Notes under the pieces: model-generated | What the model was told of the DNA's origin: nothing | Databases searched by the model: none | The model's input: only the letters and a program-made list of their open reading frames with translations | NCBI GenBank assembly: GCA_044224405.1 | Contig: JBGAKN010000004.1 | Location: 23,309 to 87,308, forward strand | Reading direction: 5' to 3' | From: Tagaea sp. | GTDB lineage: Bacteria; Pseudomonadota; Alphaproteobacteria; CACIAM-22H2 | Length of the DNA: 64,000 bases | Shown here: one piece after another, positions 29,560 to 41,116 of the stretch | Layout of the letters: each line of letters begins with the position of its first letter | How positions within the stretch are numbered: position 1 is the first letter of the stretch | Position numbers and translations under genes: made by a program

Positions 29560-30377
29560 ACGCAAGCGACGCCATCGGCACGATCGACCATGTGGTCATC
29601 ACGGTCCCGGCCCTCGATCCGGCGGCGGAGACCTACCGGCGCCTCGGCTTCACGCTGTCGCCGCGCGGCGTCCATAGCGCGGCGCTCGGCAGTGCCAACC
29701 ACACGATCATGCTGCGCGACGACTATTTCGAGCTGCTGACGGTCCTCGCACCCACCGAACGGAACGTCCGCTGGCGCCGGGCGATCGCGGAAGGCGGCGG
29801 GATCTCCGGCCTCGCGATGACGACGATCGATCCGCCCGGTGCCCGCGACATCTGGAAATCGGCCGGTCTTGCCCCCGACGAGCCGATCAAGTTCTCCCGT
29901 CAGGTCGCACGGCCCGACGGAAACTCGCTCGAAGCGCGCTTCGAGGTCGTCTCGCTCGCCGACGTTCCAGGCGTTCCGGTCCGTGTCTTCGTCTGCAGCC
30001 AGCCGACGCGCGAAGCCGTGTGGCTGCCCGAATTGCTCGGCCACGCGAATGCGGCCGTCGCCATCCGCCGGCTGACGGTGGCTTGCCCCAACCCGGGCGC
30101 AAGCGCCGCGCAGTGGAAGCGCATCCTGCCGGCGGCCGTCGCCGCTCCCGTCACCGCCGGCGTGCGGATTGACACCGGTCGCCATTCGATTGACCTGATC
30201 CCGGGCAACCTGCCGGAAGCCCGGACGACAGGCATCGATTTCGCCGTTTCCGATATCGGAAAATGTCGGGTGGCGCTCCAAAGTGGCGGGATCGCGTTCC
30301 GGGAGGCCCGGAACCGCCTTGAAATCGCGCCGGAAGACGCCTGCAACGTGCGCGTCGGTTTCGAGGCCGCGCCATGA
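29556..30377 (+). CDS. VOC/glyoxalase-like protein
   Basis: IDHVVI, LGFTLSPRGVH, GSANHTI, DYFELL, HAN; AGGAG RBS. Confidence 0.85.
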   Translation: MNASDAIGTIDHVVITVPALDPAAETYRRLGFTLSPRGVHSAALGSANHTIMLRDDYFELLTVLAPTERNVRWRRAIAEGGGISGLAMTTIDPPGARDIWKSAGLAPDEPIKFSRQVARPDGNSLEARFEVVSLADVPGVPVRVFVCSQPTREAVWLPELLGHANAAVAIRRLTVACPNPGASAAQWKRILPAAVAAPVTAGVRIDTGRHSIDLIPGNLPEARTTGIDFAVSDIGKCRVALQSGGIAFREARNRLEIAPEDACNVRVGFEAAP

Positions 30378-30398
30378 CCCGCCCCGTCGACCATCTCG

Positions 30399-30414
30399 TG
30401 GCATCGATCGTGCT
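30399..30414 (+). promoter_or_regulatory. Candidate sigma54 (-24/-12) promoter
   Basis: TGGCATCGATCGTGCT, GG-N10-GC, about 43 nt before the SBP start. Confidence 0.6.
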
Positions 30415-30456
30415 AACTTCCATCCAATCTCCGTTTCCAACCCTCAGGAGACTTCC

Positions 30457-32010
30457 ATGAAAACAGGAAAGTTCTTCCGGTACGCCGCCGCAGCCACGGT
30501 TCTGGCCGCGCTGGCGATGCCCGCACAGGCCAAAGACCTGCGCGTCAACGTCAATGCCGATCCGGAGATGATCGATCCGATCACCTTCTCGGCGCTGATC
30601 GCAGGCGACGTGCTGCGCAACGTCTACCAGAGCTTCTCGCGCACCGACGAGAAGGGCGTCGTCAATCCGTCGCTCGCCCTGAAATGGACGGCGCATCCCG
30701 ATAATCTCGGCTGGCGCTTCGAACTGCGCCCCGGCGTCAAGTTCCACACCGGGCGCCCGTTCGGTGCCAAGGACATCAAGGCGAGCTTCGAGGCCCTGCT
30801 CGCTCCGGGCAGCAAGGCCGGCCTGCAGCTCCAGTACCTGCAGCGCATCGTCGGCGCCAAGGACGTCCAGGAAGGCAAGACCAAGGATCTCGCGGGCGTG
30901 AAGGTGGAAAGCGACCTCGTCGTCGATATCCGCTTCACGGCGCCCGACGTCCTCTTCCCGATCTATCCCTTCATGTTCTTCGACACCCAGGTCGTCGCCG
31001 ACAAGGGCGCCAACTGGTTCATGGAAGTCTCGGCCGGTACCGGCCCCTACCAGTTCGCCGGCTGGCGCCGTGGGCAGGACGTCTATCTGAAGGCGTTCAA
31101 GGACTATTACGACGGCGCGCCCAAGGTCGACGGCGTGCGCTTCGTCATCGTGCCGTCGGAAGAGACGGCCGTGACGATGTACGAGGCGGGTGAACTCGAC
31201 GTGCTGATGGTCGCCAGCACGGACCTCGCGCGCCGGATCATGCGCGACGCGAAGCTGAAGGCAGACGCGCGGACGGTTTCGGCCGCGCAGATCAACTATC
31301 TCGGCATGAACCAGAACCTCTACGGGCCGTTCAAGGACAAGCGGGTGCGCGAGGCGTTCTGCATCTCGATCGACCGCGACGCGATGAGCCGCGGCCTGTT
31401 CGGCGGCCTTGCACAGCCCCTGTACGGCCAGATCACGCAGGGCATCCCGGGCTATAACCCCGACGTCCGCAAGATCCCCTACGATCCGGAGCGCGCGAAG
31501 AAGCTGCTGGCCGAAGCGGGCTTCCCCGGCGGTGCGGGCATGCCGCCGCTGAAGATCGCCAACCTCGCGCCCTTCCGCAACGAAATCGCCTACTACGCCG
31601 ACCAGTGGAAGCAGGTTCTCGGCGTGACCGTCGATCTCGACATCCAGGAACGCGCGACGTTCCTGCGTTCGCTCAACGCCGGCGAGACGCCGTTCTTCTC
31701 CTGGGGCTGGACGGCCGACTATCCCGACGCGCTCTACTACCTGTCGCAGGTCTGGCATTCGAAGAGCCCGTTCAACCGAGCGCGTTATTCGAACCCGAAG
31801 TTCGACGAGCTCATCGACAAGGCGCAGGTCACGCCCGACAACGCGACCCGCTACAAGCTCTACCACGCCGCCGAAAACACGCTTCTCGACGATTGGGGCA
31901 CGTGCGGCATCTTCGTGCGCACGAGCGTGGCCGTGGTGAAGCAGAACGTGAAGGGCGTGACTCTCGCCCCGATGCGCATGCTTCCCTACGACAAGGTCAC
32001 GATCAACTGA
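30457..32010 (+). CDS. ABC peptide/nickel-family (SBP family 5) substrate-binding protein
   Basis: Signal peptide AQA-K; LRPGVKFHTG, GTGPY, DKRVREA; AGGAG RBS. Confidence 0.93.
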   Translation: MKTGKFFRYAAAATVLAALAMPAQAKDLRVNVNADPEMIDPITFSALIAGDVLRNVYQSFSRTDEKGVVNPSLALKWTAHPDNLGWRFELRPGVKFHTGRPFGAKDIKASFEALLAPGSKAGLQLQYLQRIVGAKDVQEGKTKDLAGVKVESDLVVDIRFTAPDVLFPIYPFMFFDTQVVADKGANWFMEVSAGTGPYQFAGWRRGQDVYLKAFKDYYDGAPKVDGVRFVIVPSEETAVTMYEAGELDVLMVASTDLARRIMRDAKLKADARTVSAAQINYLGMNQNLYGPFKDKRVREAFCISIDRDAMSRGLFGGLAQPLYGQITQGIPGYNPDVRKIPYDPERAKKLLAEAGFPGGAGMPPLKIANLAPFRNEIAYYADQWKQVLGVTVDLDIQERATFLRSLNAGETPFFSWGWTADYPDALYYLSQVWHSKSPFNRARYSNPKFDELIDKAQVTPDNATRYKLYHAAENTLLDDWGTCGIFVRTSVAVVKQNVKGVTLAPMRMLPYDKVTIN

Positions 32011-32026
32011 CGGAAGCCGGCAGGTC

Positions 32027-32962
32027 ATGATCGCCTATGTCGCACGCCGCCTCCTCGGGCTCCTGCCGGTGCTCGTGGCGGCGGTGTTGCTGACATTCGC
32101 CGCCAACCGGTTCGTCCCCGGCGATCCGATCACGGTGATGCTGGGCGATCAGGGCGGCAACGTCGAACTCGAGCGCAAGCTGCGCCGGGAATACGGGCTC
32201 GACAGGCCGGTATCGGTCCAGTTCGTCGATTATGTCGGCAAGCTGGCCCAGGGTGATTTCGGCCTGTCGTTCCGCTATCCGAGCGTCCCGGTCACGCAGG
32301 TGATCCGCAACGCGCTGTGGATCAGCCCGGTGCTGGCGGCCGCGGCGCTCGCGCTCGCCATGCCGATCGGGATCGCGCTCGGCATCGTCGCGGCCCTGCG
32401 GCGCAACACGATGGCCGATACCGGCATCATCCTCGTCCTCGTCGCCGGCCTGTCGATCCCGAATTTCGCGCTGGCAGCCTTCTTCGTGTGGATATTCGCC
32501 CTCAAGTTCGGGTGGGTTCCCGTCGCGGGCTGGACGAGCTGGCGCCACGCGATCCTGCCCATCGCCCTCCTCGCAATCCCGGCGGCCGCGTATCTCGCGC
32601 GTCTTTCGCGCACCTTCATGCTCGAAGTCCTGCAGCAGGACTATGTCCGCACGGCGCGCGCCAAGGGCCTGCCCGAGCGGCTCGTCGTCTGGCGCCACGG
32701 CCTGCGCAACGTCCTCGTGCCGATCCTGACGGTCTGCGGTGTCATCTTCGGCGGCTTGATCACCGGCACGGTCGTCATCGAGACGATCTTCAACATCCCC
32801 GGCCTCGGGCGCATCGCGATCGATTCCATCTTCGCGCGCGACTACCCCGTGACGATGGCCATCGTCATGCTCTTCACGTTCTTCTACGCGATCATCAACT
32901 TCGCGATCGACATCCTCTACGGTCTCGTCGATCCCCGCATCCGTATCGAGGCACGCCGGTGA
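32027..32962 (+). CDS. Peptide ABC permease (OppB/DppB-like)
   Basis: [30 protein letters not shown]. Confidence 0.93.
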   Translation: MIAYVARRLLGLLPVLVAAVLLTFAANRFVPGDPITVMLGDQGGNVELERKLRREYGLDRPVSVQFVDYVGKLAQGDFGLSFRYPSVPVTQVIRNALWISPVLAAAALALAMPIGIALGIVAALRRNTMADTGIILVLVAGLSIPNFALAAFFVWIFALKFGWVPVAGWTSWRHAILPIALLAIPAAAYLARLSRTFMLEVLQQDYVRTARAKGLPERLVVWRHGLRNVLVPILTVCGVIFGGLITGTVVIETIFNIPGLGRIAIDSIFARDYPVTMAIVMLFTFFYAIINFAIDILYGLVDPRIRIEARR

Positions 32963-33827
32963 CCGCCGCTTCCGAAGCGATCGTCGAACAGGGCGGATTC
33001 GCCGATTTCGCCCGCCGTTTCCTGCGCACCCGCAGCGCCGTCCTCGGCGCGATCATCGTGCTCGTCGCCGTCACGGTCGCCATCCTGTCGCCCTGGATCG
33101 CACCGGTCGATTTCTCCCGCACGAACATGATGTTCATCTGGGAGCCGCCCGGCGAAGACTTCACGCTGGGAACCGACGCGCTGGGGCGCGATGTCCTTTC
33201 GCGCTTGATCGTGGGAGCGGCGGTGTCTCTAACGATCGCGCTGTCGGTGCTCGCGATCTCGCTCGTGATCGGGACGACCGTCGGCATGGCTTCGGCGTGG
33301 AAAGGCGGCTGGCTCGACTCGCTCGTCATGCGCACTGCGGACATCACCTTCGCCTTTCCCGAACTGATCGTCGCGATCCTGATCGCCGCGATCCTCGGGC
33401 CCGGCATCCCCACGGTGATCCTTTCGCTGTCGGTCGTGAGCTGGCCGGGCATCGCGCGCCTGTCGCGTGCCCTCGTGCTGTCGCTGCGCAACGAGCTGTT
33501 CGTCGATGCGGCCATCGTTTGCGGCACGTCGCCCGCCGCGATCCTGATCCGGCACTGCCTGCCCAACATCGTTCCGGCCCTGATCGTGCGCGCATCGGTC
33601 GGCGTCGGCTTCATCGTGATGGCCGAAGCGACGCTGTCGTTCCTCGGGCTCGGCGTTCAGGAGCCGTTGCCGAGCTGGGGCGGCATGATCCGCGACGGCC
33701 TGCCGGCGCTGCGCAGCGATCCGCATCTGTCGCTCGCGGCGGGTGCTGCACTCGGCACCACGATCATCGGCTTCAACCTGCTCGGCGACGGGCTTCGCGA
33801 TATCCTCGATCCGAAGATCCGCGAAAG

Positions 33828-33831
<4 letters not shown>
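32959..33831 (+). CDS. Peptide ABC permease (OppC/DppC-like)
   Basis: [34 protein letters not shown]; GTGA overlap. Confidence 0.93.
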
Positions 33832-34813
<982 letters not shown>

Positions 34814-34817
<4 letters not shown>

Positions 34818-35803
34818 CCCGCCTTCTCGAAATCGACGACCTGAAGGTCCACTTTCCCGTCGGCGCCGCCGGGTTCGGGCGCACCGCATCGATGCTGCGC
34901 GCGGTCGACGGCGTCGATCTGCATGTCGATGTCGGAGAGACGCTCGGCGTTGTCGGCGAGAGCGGCTGCGGGAAGACGACGCTCGGCCGCGCGATCCTTC
35001 GCCTGCTGGAGCCTACGTCCGGCACGATCCGCTTCGACGGCACGGATGTAACGAGCGCGCGCGGGGCGGCGCTGGCGCCGATGCGCCGCGCCATGCAGGC
35101 CGTCTTCCAGGATCCGTTCGGTTCGCTCAATCCGCGCCGCCGCGTGCGCGATATCGTCGCCGAACCGCTGGTCAATCTCGGTTGGGACCGGGCGCGCATC
35201 GACGCGCGGGTCGCCGAAGTGATGCGCATCGTCGGGCTACCGGCGGAATACGCGTCGCGCTTCCCGCACGCCTTCTCCGGCGGGCAGCGCCAGCGCATCG
35301 GAATCGCGCGCGCACTCGCCCCCTCCCCGCGCCTGATCGTCTGCGACGAGGCTGTCTCGGCCCTCGACGTGTCGATCCAGGCGCAGGTCCTGAACCTGCT
35401 GAAGGACATCCAGGACGAATACGGTGTCGCCTACCTGTTCGTGTCCCACAATCTCGCGGTCGTCCGGCATCTGTCGCACCGGGTGGCGGTCATGTATCTC
35501 GGGCGCATCGTCGAAATTTGCGGCGAAAGCGAGTTGTTCGCCAATCCGCTGCACCCTTATACGGCCGCGTTGATCGCCGCCGTGCCCGAACCGGACCCCA
35601 CTTTGCCGGTCCGCGCAGCCGCACTCGAAGGCGACCTGCCGAGCCCGATGTCTCCACCTGCCGGATGCGCGTTCAATACGCGCTGCCCGGTGGCGACCGA
35701 TCGCTGCCGCACCGATCCGCCGGAACTTCGCGAAGTCACGCCGGGACGTCGCGTCCGCTGCCACTTCCCCGGAACCTACCATCCCCCGGAGCTTTCCCGA
35801 TGA
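34814..35803 (+). CDS. Peptide ABC ATPase (OppF/DppF-like)
   Basis: [33 protein letters not shown]. Confidence 0.94.
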
Positions 35804-36885
35804 TCGTCGAACGCACGCACTACTATGCCAAACCCGGACTGCGCGATGCCGTCCTCGCCACGCGCCGCAAGGCCTGCGACGTGCGCGTCTCGATCGGCCT
35901 GCCTGCGGGCACGATCCGCATCAAGGCGGACGAGGCCGCCGACGGGCCGGATGTGGCATGGGAATGCACGTTCGCGAGCGAAGCGGCGCACAAGGCCGAT
36001 CTTGCGGCCCGCGCGGCCAGCCCGGCCTTCGAGGCCGTGCGCGCCGAAATGCGCGCAAACATGGCGAAGTTCGAACGGCTTTTCGAAAAGCGTGCAGCCG
36101 GCGCCGGCGGCTGGGCCGGCGACATCGACGTGACGGCGCTGCCGCACGCGCCCGTGGAACACGAATTCGACAGCGGCGGGCGGCGCCTGAAAGGTTATCT
36201 GTTCGTGCCGCCCGGTCCCGGCCCGTTCCCGTGCATGATCTACAATCACGGCAGCGGCCTGACCGAAGGATACGAGGATAACGCCACGCCGGGCATTCCT
36301 GTCCTGCTCAACAGCTGGGGCATCGCGTGTTTCTTCCCGCACCGGCGCGGCTACGGCTTCTCGCCCGGACCGACCTGGCGAAGCGAATGCACGGCGCCGG
36401 AGTTCAGCCCGGAATACAACGCCCAGCTCGTCGCGCGACTGGCAGCCGAATGCGACGACGTGCTGGCCGCGTACGCGCATGTCCGCAGGCAGGAACGCAT
36501 CGATCCCGCGCGGATCGGCGTGATGGGTTCCTCGTTCGGCGGGGTCAACACGCTGCTGGCGGCATCGCGCGAGCCGGGCTTCCGCTGCGCGGTCGAGTTC
36601 GCCGGTGCCGCTATGAACTGGAATCGCAATCCGACCATCGCCGCACACATGACCGAAGCCGCGCGCAAGGTGCGCATGCCGATCTATTTCGTCCAGGCCG
36701 AGAACGATTTCTCGATCCGCCCGACGAACGAGATCGCCGCGGCGCTAAAAGGCAGCGGCGTGCCGTACGAGGCGAAAATCTATCCGCCCTTCGGCCGCAC
36801 GCCCTATGAAGGCCACTTCCTGGCCGGGCGCGGGCCGCAGATCTGGGGCCCCGACATCCGGCATTTCCTGGAGAAGCACCTATGA
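35800..36885 (+). CDS. Two-domain protein: NIPSNAP-like N-terminal domain fused to an alpha/beta hydrolase
   Basis: N-terminus [13 protein letters not shown]; hydrolase motifs YNHGSG, GSSFGG nucleophile elbow, QAEND, EGH. Confidence 0.8.
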   Translation: MIVERTHYYAKPGLRDAVLATRRKACDVRVSIGLPAGTIRIKADEAADGPDVAWECTFASEAAHKADLAARAASPAFEAVRAEMRANMAKFERLFEKRAAGAGGWAGDIDVTALPHAPVEHEFDSGGRRLKGYLFVPPGPGPFPCMIYNHGSGLTEGYEDNATPGIPVLLNSWGIACFFPHRRGYGFSPGPTWRSECTAPEFSPEYNAQLVARLAAECDDVLAAYAHVRRQERIDPARIGVMGSSFGGVNTLLAASREPGFRCAVEFAGAAMNWNRNPTIAAHMTEAARKVRMPIYFVQAENDFSIRPTNEIAAALKGSGVPYEAKIYPPFGRTPYEGHFLAGRGPQIWGPDIRHFLEKHL

Positions 36886-37646
36886 CCGCAGGCGTCTGGC
36901 TCGAAAACCTGACCTGGTCCGAGGCAAAGGTGAAGATCGACGCGGGCTGGCCCGTGGTCGTTCCCATCGGCGCGATCGCAAAGGAACACGGCCATCATCT
37001 GCCGCTCAACACCGATTTCCTGATGGCGCGCGATCTCGGCGCACGCGTCGCCGAACGCCTGCCGGTGATCATCGCCCCCGTCCTCAATCTCGGCTACTAC
37101 CCCGCCTTCGTGCGCTATCCGGGCTCGCAGCATCTGCGCCCCGAGACGTTCCAGGCCGTGCTGACAGACATTTTCGGCAAGCTGGTTCGCGACGGCGTGA
37201 AGCGCATCGCGGTCATCAACACGGGCGTATCGACCGAAGCGCCATTGCGCATCGTCGTGCGGGAGTTCTACGAGCGCACTGGCGTGCGCGTGCTGACGGC
37301 GGATGTCGCGGCCCTCGGGCTAAAGACGCGCTCGCTGATGAAGCAGAAACTCGGCGGCCATGGCGACGAGATGGAAACGTCGATGATCCTCGCCATCGAC
37401 CCCAATGCGGTGCGGATGGACAAGGCCGTCGTCGACTACGGCAACCAGCTCGCCGCGCCCAAGACCGTGTTCTACACGCCAACGATCTTCGACGGCGATC
37501 CGGCGACGGGGCCAGACTATTCGGTTTCCGGCGTGCGCGGCGATCCCACACTCGCCACGGCCGAGAAAGGCCGTGCGATCCTCGCCGATATGGCCGACGA
37601 ACTGGTTGACGGCCTGCGCGCGGCGTTTCCCGAGGTCCTGAAATGA
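36882..37646 (+). CDS. Creatininase-family amidohydrolase
   Basis: KEHGHHLPLNTD, INTG, HGDEMETS, GDPTLATAEKG. Confidence 0.9.
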   Translation: MTAGVWLENLTWSEAKVKIDAGWPVVVPIGAIAKEHGHHLPLNTDFLMARDLGARVAERLPVIIAPVLNLGYYPAFVRYPGSQHLRPETFQAVLTDIFGKLVRDGVKRIAVINTGVSTEAPLRIVVREFYERTGVRVLTADVAALGLKTRSLMKQKLGGHGDEMETSMILAIDPNAVRMDKAVVDYGNQLAAPKTVFYTPTIFDGDPATGPDYSVSGVRGDPTLATAEKGRAILADMADELVDGLRAAFPEVLK

Positions 37647-39151
37647 CGCGTTGGGACGAGACGGCCGATGTCGTCGTGGTCGGCTGCGGCTATGCCGGCG
37701 CCGTCGCAGCGATTTCCGCGAACGATGCCGGCGCGGACGTTCTCGTTCTCGAGAAGATGCCCGACCCCGGCGGCATCTCCGTCTGCTCGTTCGGCGGCGT
37801 GCGCGCGGCGAAGGATGCCGACGCCGCATTCACGTACTTGAAGCGCACCAATCTCGATACCGCGCCTGACGCCCTGCTGCGCGAGCTTTCGGTTGGAATG
37901 ACGCGCCTGCCGGCGCAGGTTGATGCCCTTGCCCGCTCCGTCGGAGCCACGACCGCGCTGCGCCCCTCGCCCGCCAACTATCCTTTTCCCGGGAACGACA
38001 CGTTCGGCTTCATCAATATCGAGTCCATCCCGGACTTCGATGCGACGAAAAGCTATCCGCACGTGCGCGGCGCCCCCGGCGGCACGCTTCTCTACGAAGT
38101 CCTGCGTCGCAATCTCGCCAAGCGCGGGATCGAGATCCGCACGAAAAGCCCCGTCGAGCGACTGATCGGCGGCACGGATGGAACGCTGCAAGGCCTTTCC
38201 TACAAGGCGGGACGGCAGACGAAGATGGTGCGCGCGCGGCGCGGGATCGTTCTCGCCTGCGGCGGCTTCGAGGCCGATGCCGCCATGCAGGGCGCCTTCT
38301 GGCCGGAAGGTGGCGTGATGTCGGCCGCGTACGGCGGAAATACAGGTGACGGCATCCGCATGGCGCAGTCGCTGGGCGCCGACCTCTGGCACATGTGGCA
38401 CTACCATGGCTCCTACGGGTTCCGGCACGCGGACCCGAAATACCCGTTCGGCATCCGCACCAAGCGCCTGCCCGACTGGCAGCCGGGCACGCCCCTGCGC
38501 GAAGACGTGCGCATGCCATGGATCCTGCTCGACCGGCGCGGCCGGCGCTTCATGAACGAGTACGATCCTTACGTCCAGGATACGGGTGCGCGCGCCTTCG
38601 CGCGCTACGATCCCGTCGTGCAGAATTACATGGCGCAGCCGGCGTGGCTGATCGCCGATGCCGACGGAACGGCGCTCTATCCCTTCGGCCGACCGACATC
38701 GCACGCGCGCGGCGTCGACTATGCATGGAGCAAGGACAATGCGCGCGAGATCGAGCTCGGCATCCTGAAAGTCGCGCGCGATATCGACGGATTGGCGAAG
38801 GGTACCGGCCTGCCCACGCGCGAGATCGCCGACAGCATCGGACGCTGGAACGCCGCCTGCGCCGCGGGCGCGGACACCGACTGGCGCCGCCCACCCGGCA
38901 GCATGATGGCGCTGAAGCGCGCCCCCTTCACCTATGCGCCCGTCTGGCCGATCGTGTCGAACACGCAGGGCGGGCCTGTGCATGACCGCAAACAGCGCAT
39001 CCTGCGCCCCGACGGCTCGCCCATCGCGCGTCTGTACGCGGCCGGCGAGATGGGATCGGTGTTCGGCCATCTCTACATGTCGGGCGGGAATATCGCCGAA
39101 TGCTTCGTCGGCGGACGCATCGCGGGGCGAAACGCGGCCGCCGAACGCTAG
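37643..39151 (+). CDS. FAD-dependent oxidoreductase (fumarate reductase/KstD flavoprotein family)
   Basis: VVGCGYAG, LACGGF, NTGDG, GRRFMNE, TQGG, LYAAGE. Confidence 0.88.
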   Translation: MTRWDETADVVVVGCGYAGAVAAISANDAGADVLVLEKMPDPGGISVCSFGGVRAAKDADAAFTYLKRTNLDTAPDALLRELSVGMTRLPAQVDALARSVGATTALRPSPANYPFPGNDTFGFINIESIPDFDATKSYPHVRGAPGGTLLYEVLRRNLAKRGIEIRTKSPVERLIGGTDGTLQGLSYKAGRQTKMVRARRGIVLACGGFEADAAMQGAFWPEGGVMSAAYGGNTGDGIRMAQSLGADLWHMWHYHGSYGFRHADPKYPFGIRTKRLPDWQPGTPLREDVRMPWILLDRRGRRFMNEYDPYVQDTGARAFARYDPVVQNYMAQPAWLIADADGTALYPFGRPTSHARGVDYAWSKDNAREIELGILKVARDIDGLAKGTGLPTREIADSIGRWNAACAAGADTDWRRPPGSMMALKRAPFTYAPVWPIVSNTQGGPVHDRKQRILRPDGSPIARLYAAGEMGSVFGHLYMSGGNIAECFVGGRIAGRNAAAER

Positions 39152-40125
39152 GTCGCGGCGATCTCTTCGATCCGGTGGCAGGCGACCGTGCGCCCGTCGA
39201 ACACCCGGGACTCGGGCCGGCTCTCGGCGCAACGATCGACCGCGAACGGGCAGCGCGTGCGGAAGCTGCAGCCCGACGGCGGCGCCAGCGGCGACGGGAT
39301 CTCGCCGGTCAGCACATGGCGTTCGCGCCGCTCGTCCAGCTGAACGCTCGGCGTGGCGGCGAGCAATGCGCGCGTATAGGGATGCTGCGGGCGCCTGAAG
39401 ATCGTCTCCTTGGGTCCCTGCTCGACCGGACGGCCGAGATAGAGCACCAGCACCTCGTCGGCGATGTGGCGCACGACGCTGAGATCGTGGCTGATGAACA
39501 GGTAGGCGAGCCCGAATTCCTGCTGGAGATCCAGCATCAGGTTCAGCACCTGCGCCTGGATCGAGATGTCGAGCGCGGACACCGGCTCGTCGGCGACGAC
39601 GAGCTTGGGCCGCAGCATCAGCGCGCGCGCGATCGCGATGCGCTGGCGCTGGCCGCCGGAGAACATGTGCGGGTAGCGCTCGCGATGCTCCGGCCGCAGG
39701 CCGACTTTCGCCAGCATCGCGCCGACTTCGGCCAGCCGTTCGGCCGGCGTCGCCGTGCTGTTGATGATCAGCGGCTCGGCGAGGATGTCGCCGACCGTCT
39801 TGCGCGGGTTGAGCGAACCGAACGGGTTCTGGAAGACCATCTGCACGGCGCGGCGCATCTGGCGGATCTCGGCCGGGCGCGCTTTCGTCACGTCCTGCCC
39901 GTCGATGACGAGCGAGCCCGCCGTCGGCGGTTCGATCATCGTGACGACGCGCGCGAGTGTGGATTTTCCCGATCCGCTCTCGCCCACCACGGCCAGCGTG
40001 CGGCCGGGCTGCATCGTGAAGCTGACGCCGTCCACCGCGCGCAACAGCTTGGGCGCGGTGAACATGCCGCCTCCGACCGGGTAGGTCTGCGAAATTCCCT
40101 TGGCTTCGACCGCGAGGACGCTCAT
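39148..40125 (-). CDS. dppF: Dipeptide ABC ATPase DppF
   Basis: [29 protein letters not shown]; position in the operon. Confidence 0.9.
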   Translation of the reverse strand: MSVLAVEAKGISQTYPVGGGMFTAPKLLRAVDGVSFTMQPGRTLAVVGESGSGKSTLARVVTMIEPPTAGSLVIDGQDVTKARPAEIRQMRRAVQMVFQNPFGSLNPRKTVGDILAEPLIINSTATPAERLAEVGAMLAKVGLRPEHRERYPHMFSGGQRQRIAIARALMLRPKLVVADEPVSALDISIQAQVLNLMLDLQQEFGLAYLFISHDLSVVRHIADEVLVLYLGRPVEQGPKETIFRRPQHPYTRALLAATPSVQLDERRERHVLTGEIPSPLAPPSGCSFRTRCPFAVDRCAESRPESRVFDGRTVACHRIEEIAAT

Positions 40126-41111
40126 GCGCGCACCGTGCCCAGCGGATGCAGGCAGCGCACGCGCCCGCCTCCGTCGCCCACGAGCGTCGGCGCGGTCGAC
40201 CGGCAATCGGGCGCGACATGGCCGCAGCGCGGATTGAACAGGCAGCCCTGCGGCCGGTCGGCGATGCCGGGCACCATGCCGGGGATCGTCGGCAGCCGCG
40301 CCTTGTCGCCGCCGGCCTTTTTGGCGGCGCGCTCGGGCAACGCGTCGAGCAACGCGGCCGTATAGGGGTGGCGCGGCACGGCGAATAGCTCCTTCGACGC
40401 GCGTTCTTCCACGGCGACGCCGGAATACATGACCTGGATGCGGTGCGCGGTCTCGGCGACCACGCCCATGTCGTGCGTGATCAGCACCATGGCCATGCCG
40501 CGCGAACGCTGCAGGCCGGCGAGCAGGTCGAGGATCTGCGCCTGGATCGTCACGTCGAGCGCGGTCGTCGGCTCGTCCGCGATCAGCAGGCGCGGGTTGC
40601 ACGCGATCGCCATCGCGATCATCACGCGCTGGCACATGCCGCCGGAAAGCTGGTGCGGAAATGCCGACAGGCGCGTCTCGGGTGCGGGAATGCCGACCTG
40701 CGCCAGCAGTTCGACCGCGCGGTCGCGGCGCTCGGCGCGCGTGCCCTTCTTGTCGTGGACCTTGAGCGCTTCGGTGATCTGGAAGCCCACCGTGAAGCAC
40801 GGATTGAGGCTCGACATCGGCTCCTGGAAGATCATCGCGATGTCGCGGCCCATCAGCGCGCGGCGCTCGCGCGCCCCCATGCCGAGCAGGTCGCGGCCGT
40901 CGAAGCGCATGACATCGGCCTTCACCGTGCCCGGCCAGGCGATGAGGCCCATCACGGCGAGCATCGAGACGCTCTTGCCCGAGCCGCTTTCGCCGACGAT
41001 GCCGAGCACCTCGCCCGCATTCACGTCGAGATCGACGCCGTCGACCGCCTTGAAGCGGCCGCCGCCGGTCTGGAATTCCACGCTCAGGTTCCGCACTTCG
41101 AGCAATGCCAT
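40122..41111 (-). CDS. dppD: Dipeptide ABC ATPase DppD
   Basis: [26 protein letters not shown]. Confidence 0.92.
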   Translation of the reverse strand: MALLEVRNLSVEFQTGGGRFKAVDGVDLDVNAGEVLGIVGESGSGKSVSMLAVMGLIAWPGTVKADVMRFDGRDLLGMGARERRALMGRDIAMIFQEPMSSLNPCFTVGFQITEALKVHDKKGTRAERRDRAVELLAQVGIPAPETRLSAFPHQLSGGMCQRVMIAMAIACNPRLLIADEPTTALDVTIQAQILDLLAGLQRSRGMAMVLITHDMGVVAETAHRIQVMYSGVAVEERASKELFAVPRHPYTAALLDALPERAAKKAGGDKARLPTIPGMVPGIADRPQGCLFNPRCGHVAPDCRSTAPTLVGDGGGRVRCLHPLGTVRA

Positions 41112-41116
41112 GACGC

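Noticed and set aside
37517-40219. 900-aa minus-strand ORF and many other long antisense or alternate-frame ORFs (e.g. 1795-3168, 17843-19351, 30151-32028, 42902-44818, 49075-51081, 61360-63606)
   Set aside because: They shadow well-supported genes, are Arg/Ala/Pro-rich with no motifs, and are expected from stop-codon scarcity at high GC.
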